Counted from the stretch's first letter, positions 18,678 to 27,536 are shown. The stretch is 54,863 nt of DNA from a virus (IMGVR_UViG_3300036794_000049:1-54863), one strand, 5' to 3'. A program made the numbers and translations. The notes: generated by a model not told the origin, from the sequence alone.

Positions 18678-18915
18678 CACGACAGTGCGCGAGATCGGTG
18701 ACGACTGGCTCGTCGCGCGAATTCACCATCGGTGCAGCGCGTGCGGCGGTTCCGGCTACGCCGCAGGGCGCGACCGCGATTGTCCGCTATGCAAGGGGAA
18801 CGGGATGAGCCACGCGACCTTTTCCGGCTTCGTTCCGCCAGGCTGCGAGACGGATTTACTCATGCCGGACAATCGACCGCTTCGCGAGGTCGCGATCGGG
18901 AATCGCCGGAGATAA
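18670..18915 (+). CDS. Small CxxCxGxG zinc-finger protein
   Basis: CSACGGSG...CPLCKGNG. Confidence 0.6.
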   Translation: MSDTTVREIGDDWLVARIHHRCSACGGSGYAAGRDRDCPLCKGNGMSHATFSGFVPPGCETDLLMPDNRPLREVAIGNRRR

Positions 18916-18917
18916 CG

Positions 18918-19370
18918 ATGCCTGGCGAGATCGAACCGGCGCTCTCACGCGAGCAGTGGCGCGCGCTCTTTCACGCGAAATACGGTTGGGTGATTCTCGA
19001 AGACTTTGGCCTCGAGCCGGTGACAGCAACGTTCGCTCACGACGATCACGGCGAGGGAGAGGGGCGGGGGATCATCCTGCGTGACATCGAGCCGCCCGCC
19101 ACACTCTTCAACGCGAAAGGCGTCGTGGGCCTCATGGCGCTGTGTAACGCTGCGCTGGCGAGTGACTCTCCGTACAAGGTCACGCGCGAAGGCGTCGAGG
19201 CGCTATGCGAAGCCGTCGAAGCGTGGCAGGCGCAAATGGTCGACGCTGCGAACAGCATGGGCGAGCCCGTGACGGGACCGCCAGAGGTAAAAGCGATGTG
19301 GCTCGCTGGCCAGCGCATTCTCGCGGCGCTCGCGGCGATCATCCCGCCTGATGACGTAGTTCCCGGCTAG
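18918..19370 (+). CDS. Hypothetical protein
   Basis: GGAG RBS; operonic position. Confidence 0.6.
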   Translation: MPGEIEPALSREQWRALFHAKYGWVILEDFGLEPVTATFAHDDHGEGEGRGIILRDIEPPATLFNAKGVVGLMALCNAALASDSPYKVTREGVEALCEAVEAWQAQMVDAANSMGEPVTGPPEVKAMWLAGQRILAALAAIIPPDDVVPG

Positions 19371-19562
19371 CGATGCGCTGCCACATCAGCGACGAAGACA
19401 CGGGCGCGATAATCCGCGTCGAGGAGCATCGCCGGCCAGAGTGCGGCGAGGACTTCTGCGATCATTGCGGCGATTGTCTCTCGTGCTACGGGGGTGACAA
19501 GTGCGAAATCTCTGCAAGTGGTGAGCATCTGTGGATCGTGTACGAGCATTCAGAGCAACCGA

Positions 19563-20168
19563 ATGACGTACGTTCCGGGTAAGACGTTTACGCCTGGTGG
19601 GCGGCCGCCGCAGAACGACAACGCGGAGCTCGAGGGGAAGCTGGAGCTGCGGCGCCACTTCCTGAACCGCTACCATGTCGATCGACAGACCACCGTCATC
19701 GATTGCTGCCAGGCCGAGGCGCGCCTGTGGTCGGAGCTCCGGCACGAGTTCGATGTGCGGTATTGGGGCGTCGATCGCGTCGCGAAGAAAGGGCGGCTCG
19801 CGATCGATTCGGTGAGGCTCCTCGCGCAGCCGAACCTCCCGTACGACGTGGTCGACGTCGACACGCACGGCTCGCCCTGGCAGCACTGGCGCACGATGCT
19901 GCCCAACATCCGGAAGCCCACCACGATCTTTCTCACGCTGGGCAAGGCCGGTGGGCTGACGTCGGTGGATTCTGCAGTGCTGGACGCGCTGGGACTCTCG
20001 CGCATGCAGACCCCGATCCCGAACGCACTCCGGTGGAAGCTCGATGGGCTCTCCGTGGGCGCGTGCCTCGCGCAGGCGCTCACGTGGGGACTCAAAATCA
20101 GCGAAGCCGTCGAGTGCTACCCGCCTGCGCAGAACGCCCGCTACTTCGGATTGCACCTGCATCCGTAA
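19563..20168 (+). CDS. SAM-dependent methyltransferase-fold-like protein
   Basis: VIDCCQAE, YWGVD and YDVVDVDTHGSPW resemble Rossmann motifs I, II and IV (D..D.DP.GSP). Confidence 0.5.
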   Translation: MTYVPGKTFTPGGRPPQNDNAELEGKLELRRHFLNRYHVDRQTTVIDCCQAEARLWSELRHEFDVRYWGVDRVAKKGRLAIDSVRLLAQPNLPYDVVDVDTHGSPWQHWRTMLPNIRKPTTIFLTLGKAGGLTSVDSAVLDALGLSRMQTPIPNALRWKLDGLSVGACLAQALTWGLKISEAVECYPPAQNARYFGLHLHP

Positions 20169-20175
20169 CGCAGTC

Positions 20176-20204
20176 TTGCGCCAACAAGTAAAGAGTTTTA
20201 CTCT
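20176..20204 (+). promoter_or_regulatory. Promoter with perfect operator-like palindrome
   Basis: TTGCGC-17-TACTCT with AGTAAA-GAGT-TTTACT (20187-20202). Confidence 0.7.
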
Positions 20205-20239
20205 TCCGCTCACAACCCGCTGTCATCGAGGGTGGGAGT

Positions 20240-20785
20240 ATGGAAGACGCGAAGGACAACAAATACAAGCGGTATCGCGATCGCCATCCCGACAAGGTCC
20301 GGGCCTACCGAGAATCGCGTCGCGCTGAACAAGCGGCATCCCGCGTAGCGAACCGAGAGAAGGCGAGAGCTTACGGAGCTGCGTACCGTGAGCAGCATCG
20401 AGAGGAATCCCGCCAGTATTCGCGCGCTTGGGCCGAGGCGAACAGACAGCGCACGCGAGAAAAGGCTCGGGCTTGGCAAAGGGCGAATCCCGAACGCGTA
20501 AACCGGAATTGCAGGAACCGCCAAGCTTCAAAACTAGCTGTCGGCCGGCACACATTCGAAGATGTTCAGCGCCAGCGGAAAGAACAGGGCAATCGCTGCT
20601 TTTTCTGCTACGCGTGGCTGGGAACGCGCTACCATGTTGATCACTTCGTCGCGATTGCTGTCGGTGGCAGCAACGACCCCGAGAACCTGGTCATAGCGTG
20701 TCCGCATTGCAATATCAGTAAGGCGCATCGACCGGCCGTGCTACTTTTCGCGCGGCTTGCCGGCGCACGGAGGCTGGCAGTCTAA
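20240..20785 (+). CDS. HNH endonuclease
   Basis: CFFC..HVDHFVAIAVGGSNDPENLVIACPHCNISK, preceded by a basic helical repeat region. Confidence 0.9.
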   Translation: MEDAKDNKYKRYRDRHPDKVRAYRESRRAEQAASRVANREKARAYGAAYREQHREESRQYSRAWAEANRQRTREKARAWQRANPERVNRNCRNRQASKLAVGRHTFEDVQRQRKEQGNRCFFCYAWLGTRYHVDHFVAIAVGGSNDPENLVIACPHCNISKAHRPAVLLFARLAGARRLAV

Positions 20786-21711
20786 TGGGTGACACCACAG
20801 CGATTGGGTGGACCCACCACACTTTCAATCCGGTTTTAGGATGCATGAAAGTGTCGGACGGCTGCAAACACTGCTACGCCGAAAAGCAAGTCACGACGGT
20901 CATGCATCGTGAAGGGGTGTGGGGACCGGCGAAGACCACACACCGGGCCCGGACGAGCGATGCGAATTGGCAGAAGCCACGACGCTGGAATCGCGACTGC
21001 AGAGAGAAGGGGATCGCCGATCGCGTCTTCTGCGCGTCGCTCGCGGATGTCTTCGAAGATCATCCGGATTGGGAAGCGCCGCGACGTGATCTCTGGCAGT
21101 TAATCCGCGAGACGCCATTTCTCTGGTGGCAACTACTCACTAAACGGCCGGAGAACATTCTCAGATTCTTGCCTGACGATTGGGGCATTGGCGGCATTGG
21201 CGGTCCGTATGCCAACGTCTGGTTAGGTACGTCGGTCGAAGATCTGCGCGTTGCACACCGCGTAGAGATATTGCGTGCTGTGAATGCGGCCGTGCGGTTC
21301 ATCAGTTATGAGCCAGCGCTCGGTCCACTCGATGGGCTCAATTTAGAAGGAATTGATTGGGTCATTTATGGCGGTGAGAGCGGGCCGCACTATCGCGCCG
21401 ACGATCCCTATTGGGTCGTGAACATGCGTGACCGCTGCGCTGCGCTGGACATCGCGTTCTTTGACAAACAGAAATGCGGCCCTCGCACCGAAATGGGCTC
21501 GGCGCTCAATCGCATCGGTGAGGAGACGGTTAGGCAGTACCCAATTCCTCGCGGTGTTTATCCGCGTAGCATGGCCAGGCTGCCGCGCGACATAAGGGAG
21601 GCATATCACAATCGGATATCCATGGATCGAGGAGAGGATTCCAAAGCTTTGCCCGTGCTAGACAGCGATTACCCCGAGTCGCGCTCCCTCTTCGACCAAG
21701 AGGGCGCCTAA
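20785..21711 (+). CDS. DUF5131 (phage Gp37/Gp68) family protein
   Basis: GCMKVSDGCKHCYAE three-Cys motif, VFCASLADVF, LLTKRP, NVWLGTSVE, EPALG and WVIYGGESG. Confidence 0.9.
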   Translation: MGDTTAIGWTHHTFNPVLGCMKVSDGCKHCYAEKQVTTVMHREGVWGPAKTTHRARTSDANWQKPRRWNRDCREKGIADRVFCASLADVFEDHPDWEAPRRDLWQLIRETPFLWWQLLTKRPENILRFLPDDWGIGGIGGPYANVWLGTSVEDLRVAHRVEILRAVNAAVRFISYEPALGPLDGLNLEGIDWVIYGGESGPHYRADDPYWVVNMRDRCAALDIAFFDKQKCGPRTEMGSALNRIGEETVRQYPIPRGVYPRSMARLPRDIREAYHNRISMDRGEDSKALPVLDSDYPESRSLFDQEGA

Positions 21712-22216
21712 TGAACCTAACGCTGATAGTCGATTGGTCGAAGGAAATGCCGGATGAGGTTCGCGCGATCGCCGAGCCGATCATCGAGAAGCACAAGCGT
21801 CGCGCTCCAACCTGGCTTCACGAGCTCTTTCTCTATTTCTGCAACGACGATGGTTTTGGCGCGCTGCAGACCCGCTGTCGGTATGAGTACCGGCACGGGT
21901 CGATCGGCATCGGTGGTGATTTCTTGAATATGAATCCGCCCGATCGCGACCTCGCGATACTCCACGAGCTCGTGCACTTCCACGTGAAGCCGTTGCAGAT
22001 GGTCGCCGATGATCTCGCGCTCAATGCGTACGAGGGAAACGATCGGGAGTTCAAGCGCGTGAAAGAGCACCTCCGAGTGGGTGTTGAAACGGTCACGACG
22101 GATCTCTCACGCGAGCGCTCGCCGAGGCCATCGCCGAACAGGACGCCGTCTTCCCGGCGGAAGTGGTCGGACGCGTGTCATTCGTTCACCAGAACGGCGG
22201 GGAGGGCCGCGCATGA
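21711..22216 (+). pseudogene. HExxH metallopeptidase-like gene with apparent 2-nt frameshift near 22105
   Basis: ILHELVHFH motif. Removing one TC from GATCTCTCACG restores ...DLTRALAEAIAEQ...GEGRA*, ending in an ATGA overlap with the next gene. Confidence 0.6.
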
Positions 22217-22527
22217 CGAATCTCCCGGAAGAACGCGACGTCGAGATGCTGGAGGAGCTGGAGATCACGGTCTCCCTCATCGAAAAGGACACCGGCGACA
22301 AGGTGCGGGCGCTCCTCATGAACCCCGCGGACGTCGAAGCCAACATCAACGAAGGACTGCTCAGACGCTGGTGCGAACGCCGGGGCATCAAGCTCGTCAT
22401 GCACGCCGCGATTTCCGCAGGCCAGTACATGTTCGCGGCGAGCGTGCCGGAGGAGCTCCAAAGCAAAATCGCGGTCGTCGATCCAACGGCGCACTTCACG
22501 CCGAAACTGCCCAGGAGCGTTCAGTAA
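22213..22527 (+). CDS. Hypothetical protein
   Basis: GGAGG RBS; MTNLPEERDVEML...; TAATG coupling to the next gene. Confidence 0.7.
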   Translation: MTNLPEERDVEMLEELEITVSLIEKDTGDKVRALLMNPADVEANINEGLLRRWCERRGIKLVMHAAISAGQYMFAASVPEELQSKIAVVDPTAHFTPKLPRSVQ

Positions 22528-23441
22528 TGTCGGGACTCGGTCGCGTCGCGCACTTCGATCCAAAGAATCTCGATTTCCTGATTGCGGATAGGATCGCGGA
22601 TCCGACCGCGCACCACGCCGCGATTCTAGCAACGCGTCAGCCGCTCGTTCACCCGGTGCCGGAGGCCGGCGGCCGATCACCGACCGGCGGTGCACGCAGT
22701 CTCGTCGGGCCGCCCGTCCGGAGCGCCGGCAACAATCCCGGCCCGATCGCGATGGCCGCCGCGCAGCGCAAAGCCATCTACTACTACGAGGACGCCTGGC
22801 GGGGCAATCAGGGCGACACGCCGAAGTGCACGGCGTTCTCGAGCGTCACCGCGGCAGCCGACGGGCCCGTCACGCACCCAGGTCAAAACCCGATCGTCGA
22901 CCCGAACGTGCTGTACGACGAAATCGTCGCGATTGACCGGAGCGAAGGCCGCGTCTTCGATGATGGCGCCACAACGCTCGCGAGCGCGAAGGCCCTCCAG
23001 CGCCGCGGCATCATCGGCGAGTACCTCTGGGGCTATTCGATCGAGGATTTCATCAAGGCGATCGCGACGGGCGTCGTCATCCTCGGCACGGACTGGTACG
23101 ATGGCATGGACGACCCGAACCCCAGCGACGGTATCATTCGCGCGAAAGGCTCGATCCGTGGCGGCCACCAATTCGAGGTGAACGGCGCCGATCTCGATGC
23201 CGCCATGGCGCGGATCAAACAGACCTGGCCGCTCCCGTGGGGCTACCAAGGGAAGGGAGACGCGTTCCTCCCATTCGAGGACCTGGCACTGCTGCTCGCG
23301 ACCGGTGGGGACCTCCTGATGTTCCGCGAGCTCCCGACGTCGATCGCGAACCCGACAACCGCGCAGCGCGTAGCCCGCAACCTTGACGAGATCGCCGCAG
23401 ACATCGGCGGCACGGGGCCCTCTTACTCACCCAAACCATGA
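22527..23441 (+). CDS. Papain-like (C1-type) cysteine peptidase
   Basis: NQGDTPKCTAFS (Q..C), GGHQF (His) and IKQTW..WG in place of NSWG; AGGAG RBS. Confidence 0.75.
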   Translation: MSGLGRVAHFDPKNLDFLIADRIADPTAHHAAILATRQPLVHPVPEAGGRSPTGGARSLVGPPVRSAGNNPGPIAMAAAQRKAIYYYEDAWRGNQGDTPKCTAFSSVTAAADGPVTHPGQNPIVDPNVLYDEIVAIDRSEGRVFDDGATTLASAKALQRRGIIGEYLWGYSIEDFIKAIATGVVILGTDWYDGMDDPNPSDGIIRAKGSIRGGHQFEVNGADLDAAMARIKQTWPLPWGYQGKGDAFLPFEDLALLLATGGDLLMFRELPTSIANPTTAQRVARNLDEIAADIGGTGPSYSPKP

Positions 23442-23803
23442 TCGCAATGATAAGTGCGACACTTCGGTCCGTGAACTTACCGGCGAAGAGCATCCGGACG
23501 ACGGGCGCTGCAGCATTGGTGATCGTTCTCCTGTTCGTGCCGCTGCTCGTCTGGCACGCCTTCATGCTCTCTCAGATCTGGGCTTGGTTCGTCGCACCGG
23601 TTTTCCATCTGCCGGCGCTCTCGATCGCTGAGACGGTGGGGCTGCTCGTATTGCTCGGGTACGTCCGGAGTACGGGCAATTCGGGCAAGCACGAGTGGAC
23701 CGATGAAACGACATCGGGCCAGATCGCGCAATTCTTGGGTTCCCCGATCGGCTATACGATTGGGTTCCTCATCGCGTACGTCGCGCATCGGTTCGCATCA
23801 TGA
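23438..23803 (+). CDS. Membrane protein
   Basis: Three to four hydrophobic segments. Confidence 0.65.
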   Translation: MIAMISATLRSVNLPAKSIRTTGAAALVIVLLFVPLLVWHAFMLSQIWAWFVAPVFHLPALSIAETVGLLVLLGYVRSTGNSGKHEWTDETTSGQIAQFLGSPIGYTIGFLIAYVAHRFAS

Positions 23804-24177
23804 ATGATCGCGAGGAGATGCAGGCGCGGGCTGAGACCGCCGCCGCAGTCCGCGGGAACGCGAAGCTGGAGGACGTCTTAGCTCGCGTCGAGCGCACAGA
23901 AGGCCACGGACTCACGCCCAATGAGGTACTGACGCTCGCGAAGGCGGCGGGACAGTTCCACGCGCTTCGGAAGGCATTTCCCGAGAGCGAGGACGACGAG
24001 GGCGTGACGTTGCTCGACACATTCGTTCTCCACACGGTGGAATGGGACGCCGACGGGCACGAATCCTCATGCACGTACCAAGCGACGACTCGAGCTGAAT
24101 TCGACGAGCAGATCCAAGAGCTCATGGACCGCGCGACATATCGGCAGAAGCCGGCTAGCGGCTTGCAGAGTTCGTAA
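23800..24177 (+). CDS. Hypothetical protein
   Basis: ATGA-coupled ORF. Confidence 0.6.
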   Translation: MNDREEMQARAETAAAVRGNAKLEDVLARVERTEGHGLTPNEVLTLAKAAGQFHALRKAFPESEDDEGVTLLDTFVLHTVEWDADGHESSCTYQATTRAEFDEQIQELMDRATYRQKPASGLQSS

Positions 24178-24240
24178 ATACGTTGCGGATAACAGTTAAC
24201 GGTTTCACCGTCGGACCGAGACACCGAGGCACCGTACCAC

Positions 24241-24750
24241 ATGGGCGCGACCGCAGTGGCGGATCAAGCTGATCCTGGAAGCGAACGGGGGCGAGTTGGC
24301 AGACCGTCGAAGCTGACACCGAGCGCCCGAAAGGCGATCATGGAAACGCTCAAACTCGCGCAGTCGCAAGAGGATGCGGCCATCAGCGGAGGCGTCAGTC
24401 CGCGCACCATGCAGAATTGGCTCGCGCGAGGTCGAAGCGCCACGACCGGCGAATATTTTCAATTTGTGCAGGACTGCGAGCGCGCGATCGTTGAGGGTAA
24501 GTCTCGGCTGGTCAAGATCGTACAGGCCCACGCGATTCGTAAGCCGGAGCTCGCGCTGAAGGTCCTCGCGCGCCGATTCCCCGAATGGGGAGTGAAGGCA
24601 ACCCTCGCGGTCGAGCAGAAAGAGACGGTCGACGATACCGCCGTACTGGACAAGCTCGAGCGCGGCCTGGCAGAGATCGCGCGCCGTCAGGAGATGGCGA
24701 AGCAGCTCGGGCCCGGCCTCCGTCAGATCGCCGAGGAATTCGGCCAGTAA
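24241..24750 (+). CDS. terS: Probable terminase small subunit (HTH)
   Basis: GRPSKLTP...AAISGGVSPRTMQNWL.RG...F...ERA...L.RRFPEWG is the common TerS-like pattern. No other TerS candidate lies near terL. Confidence 0.6.
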   Translation: MGATAVADQADPGSERGRVGRPSKLTPSARKAIMETLKLAQSQEDAAISGGVSPRTMQNWLARGRSATTGEYFQFVQDCERAIVEGKSRLVKIVQAHAIRKPELALKVLARRFPEWGVKATLAVEQKETVDDTAVLDKLERGLAEIARRQEMAKQLGPGLRQIAEEFGQ

Positions 24751-24821
24751 CGGCGGTTCTCCACAAGGCTCTCAACATTTCCACAGCGCTTCGTGAGTGC
24801 TTTCTCATAATCAGAAAGCAC

Positions 24822-24850
24822 TTGCGGACTACGCGCAAGCTATTTACTAT
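24822..24850 (+). promoter_or_regulatory. Promoter with operator-like site, preceded by a 10-bp inverted repeat (24796-24822)
   Basis: TTGCGG-17-TACTAT with GCGCAA-GCTA-TTTACT (24833). Upstream repeat is AGTGCTTTCT/AGAAAGCACT. Confidence 0.65.
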
Positions 24851-24892
24851 CTCGGGCACGCTCTGCGTTTCTTGGTCGTGAGGGAACTCGCA

Positions 24893-25135
24893 ATGCCGAC
24901 ATTGGAAGTCCACAGCAATCGGAAGGAAGTGATCCCGGCGCCACGCGGCCCGCTGGTGAATGCGGCGTGGATCATCCGGCACTATCACACCGATCCCGAT
25001 ACCGGCCAGGCACTCGTCACCGAGCGGTGGATCCGGAAGTCGGTGCCGGGGAAAATCGCGCTCGGGTATTCGATGGTGCGCTGGTACCGGGACGACGTCG
25101 TGGCGTACTACGAGAAGCTGAGGAGGGCCGGATGA
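24893..25135 (+). CDS. Excisionase/AlpA-like small DNA-binding protein
   Basis: 80 aa with VTERWIRK...KIALG...VRWYRDDVVAY winged-helix pattern; about 1.2 kb from attP. Confidence 0.6.
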   Translation: MPTLEVHSNRKEVIPAPRGPLVNAAWIIRHYHTDPDTGQALVTERWIRKSVPGKIALGYSMVRWYRDDVVAYYEKLRRAG

Positions 25136-25554
25136 GTGACCGCCATTGTGAGGACTGCGATCGTCCGGAGCTCTGCGACGTGATCGCACCAGGCACGGCG
25201 CCGTGCAAGCGAAATGAGGGCTATACCCGCGTCGAGCCGACGGAAGGTCTCACGGCTCGAGAGGCGCAGATCGCGCGCGAGGCATTCTGCGCCGGTTCAG
25301 CATTCATGTATCAGGGCTGGCGACGCGCGCGTGGCGATCGGATTCCGAGCGGTTGGGACGAGAAGACCGAGGCGGCGCGCCGGTATCCGGGACCGCAGCC
25401 GGTCGCACTGCCTGAACAGATGCTGTCGGCAGATTTCATTGACGAGGCCCAGATTCGATGGGCGCGCCACACGACCAAGGAGCTCGCCCGCTACATCGAA
25501 CGTGCCACGATGGCCGAGATAGCGCACAAGTTCATTCTGGAGCCGCGCGAATGA
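25132..25554 (+). CDS. Hypothetical protein
   Basis: GGAGG RBS; ATGA coupling. Confidence 0.6.
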   Translation: MSDRHCEDCDRPELCDVIAPGTAPCKRNEGYTRVEPTEGLTAREAQIAREAFCAGSAFMYQGWRRARGDRIPSGWDEKTEAARRYPGPQPVALPEQMLSADFIDEAQIRWARHTTKELARYIERATMAEIAHKFILEPRE

Positions 25555-25789
25555 ATTACTTCATCGCCTACACCTATCAGGGCCGGCCCACATCGGAGGA
25601 GCAGCATTTCAACGCGGTTATCAGCGAGCATCCGCTTGAATGGATTGCCGAGCGACTGAAGCGCTGGTACGAGAGCGCCGACAACCCTGGCCCTCGCGCT
25701 GGCAAGTTCGTGTTGCTCTGGTGGGCACCTATCACCGGCGAGGTTGACCGCCGGTACACGGACGTGATTAGAGAACTGGGGGGCTGATA

Positions 25790-26017
25790 GTGAAATACCG
25801 CATGAAGCCGCCCACGGTCGATGCAGAGAAGTGGGACGGCCCCACCAGCACCATCGCGGGCGTCGAGTTCAGCACCGAGCTCAATGCGCACGTCGTGCAG
25901 ACGCCGAACGGGCCGGTCGCACCGAACCCCGGTGATTACGTGGTCTCGCTGCCGAACGGCCAGTACACGGTCAGCTCGGGCGCGCAGTTCGAACGCATGT
26001 TTGAGCCAGGCGAATGA
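25790..26017 (+). CDS. PGDYG-like small phage protein
   Basis: KYR.KP..VDA.KW...TPNG...PGDYVV...FE..FEP. Confidence 0.65.
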   Translation: MKYRMKPPTVDAEKWDGPTSTIAGVEFSTELNAHVVQTPNGPVAPNPGDYVVSLPNGQYTVSSGAQFERMFEPGE

Positions 26018-26282
26018 TGCGCAATCTTCTCTGCGCGCTCTGCGGTGAGCCACACTCCCGTCATATCGGCGCTCTATTGCGCTGCCCGGTCGACGTCACC
26101 TTTCGACTCCGGCGGGATGATCGGTGCGGCGCTGCGCTTGGTCGATCCGGCAAGTGCCGGAAGATCGCGACGCATGCGTGCACCATTCGACAGATGCACA
26201 GGGGCGAGCTCCGGAAGGCGGTCGTGCACCGATGCAGTGACCATCTGGTGGGAGACGAGCGACGGGAGCTCGGGGAGGCTCT

Positions 26283-26568
26283 TGTCACTTCGCCGTCACT
26301 CAGCGAGGTTGCGGAATGACAGCGGTTACTCTGCTCGCGGCTAACATGCTGCTGCTCCTACACTTCCGAATGACCCGGGCGGGTCTCGAACCCGCGACCT
26401 ACGGATTAAAAGGACGCGCCTCTCCTGAGTTGACCTCTGACGAGGTCAAACCCGCTCGGAACTATGGGCGGAATGTGCCGTCCACCTGTGCCGAAGTCGG
26501 AACAAAACCCGAAGCGCGATCTGTCACTTTGGTGGATTTCGGCGCGCCTCGTCACCCTGCTGTCACCT
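26283..26568 (+). repeat. Arm-type-like direct repeats YGTCACYY flanking the attP core
   Basis: TGTCACTT 26283, CGTCACTC 26294, TGTCACTT 26522, CGTCACCC 26550 and TGTCACCT 26561; two pairs are spaced 11 bp. Confidence 0.6.
26371..26412 (-). other. attP: attP core: 3' half of tRNA-Lys(TTT)
   Basis: The minus strand reads CTTTTAA-TCCG-TAGGTC-GCGGG-TTCGAGA-CCCGC-CCGGGTCA, i.e. anticodon loop, T arm and acceptor 3' strand with no 5' half. It lies between the Xis-like gene and the integrase. Confidence 0.85.
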
Positions 26569-26583
26569 ACTGAGGGCGGGGAA

Positions 26584-27093
26584 ATGGCGAGACAATTTCC
26601 CCGGATTCGGCGCGATCTGACCCGCATCGGCGTGGGCGTTTTGCAGATCACCACGCGCGCCCGCAGCCAGGCCGAGCACAATCGCCGCGTCGTCTTCGTC
26701 GAGACGCTGATTGAGCGCGGAATGGTGGAATGCCTTCAGCTCCTCCACGAGCGCCGCGTCACGATCGAACAATTGATGACCGCGCAGCGCCTTGGTCGAA
26801 TCGCGGATCTGAAGCCGCCGAGGGAGCCGTGGCAGCTCTACGTGATCGCACGCGCTGATACCGGCGACGTGAAGATCGGAATTTCGCGCGATGTCGATCG
26901 CCGATTCAAACAACTCGAAGCTGCGAATTCGGGAACGCTCGTGCTGCTGTATTCGGGGCCCGGCGATCGGGAAGCTGAGCGAGCTGCTCATCGGCGGTTC
27001 GCACATCTCCACAAAAAGGGCGAGTGGTTTGTGGATAGCGACGACATCCGCGAGTGGATCGCTGAAGGATGCCCGTCCCCATCCGGCACCTGA
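26584..27093 (+). CDS. GIY-YIG (T5orf172/MUG113-like) nuclease fused to an integrase-N-terminus-like domain
   Basis: C-terminal LYVI...VKIGIS....RF.QL...E...H..F......GEWF. The N-terminal ~68 aa are paralogous to the integrase N-terminus. Confidence 0.82.
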   Translation: MARQFPRIRRDLTRIGVGVLQITTRARSQAEHNRRVVFVETLIERGMVECLQLLHERRVTIEQLMTAQRLGRIADLKPPREPWQLYVIARADTGDVKIGISRDVDRRFKQLEAANSGTLVLLYSGPGDREAERAAHRRFAHLHKKGEWFVDSDDIREWIAEGCPSPSGT

Positions 27094-27161
27094 ACAGTGT
27101 CAACGCGCGCGCTCTCTCGAATCGCCACGCAATCAACCCGCTACCACCGAGGGTCGAGGAC

Positions 27162-27536
27162 ATGACGCTAGTCGCAAGCTCTGGCGCTCTCCAATCGCTC
27201 GCCGCACAGGCGGACACGCCGCGCATCGACGAGGAACCGTTGCGACTCACAATCACTCTGTATCCGCCACAGGACCGCGGCGCCACGTGTCACGCGTGCG
27301 GCGCGGAATGCGCGGTCCGGTATGGTCTCCCGGTCGACGGCGAGCTCGGTGAGTACGTCGAGAACGATTTCGTTGGCGAGTGGGCCGGCGTGCCAGCGTG
27401 CAAACCCTGTTACGACGCGCACGCCGAGGGCGGGGTGGCGGGGCTTCGCATTCGTCTCCGCGCGCTCGAGGAGATCGCCGGAGAGATTCGCCGCGACACC
27501 AAGCGGGCCCTGAAGAAATCGCGAGGTGTGCGATGA
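27162..27536 (+). CDS. Hypothetical protein (two CxxC)
   Basis: GAGGA RBS; CHAC...CKPC. Confidence 0.6.
   Translation: MTLVASSGALQSLAAQADTPRIDEEPLRLTITLYPPQDRGATCHACGAECAVRYGLPVDGELGEYVENDFVGEWAGVPACKPCYDAHAEGGVAGLRIRLRALEEIAGEIRRDTKRALKKSRGVR

Noticed and set aside
21711-23441. Single 576-aa protein in the ORF track
   Set aside because: Better explained as three coupled genes with a 2-nt frameshift; the middle segment is out-of-frame, Arg-rich sequence.
26371-26412. Functional second tRNA gene
   Set aside because: Only the 3' half is present; there is no D arm or 5' acceptor strand.
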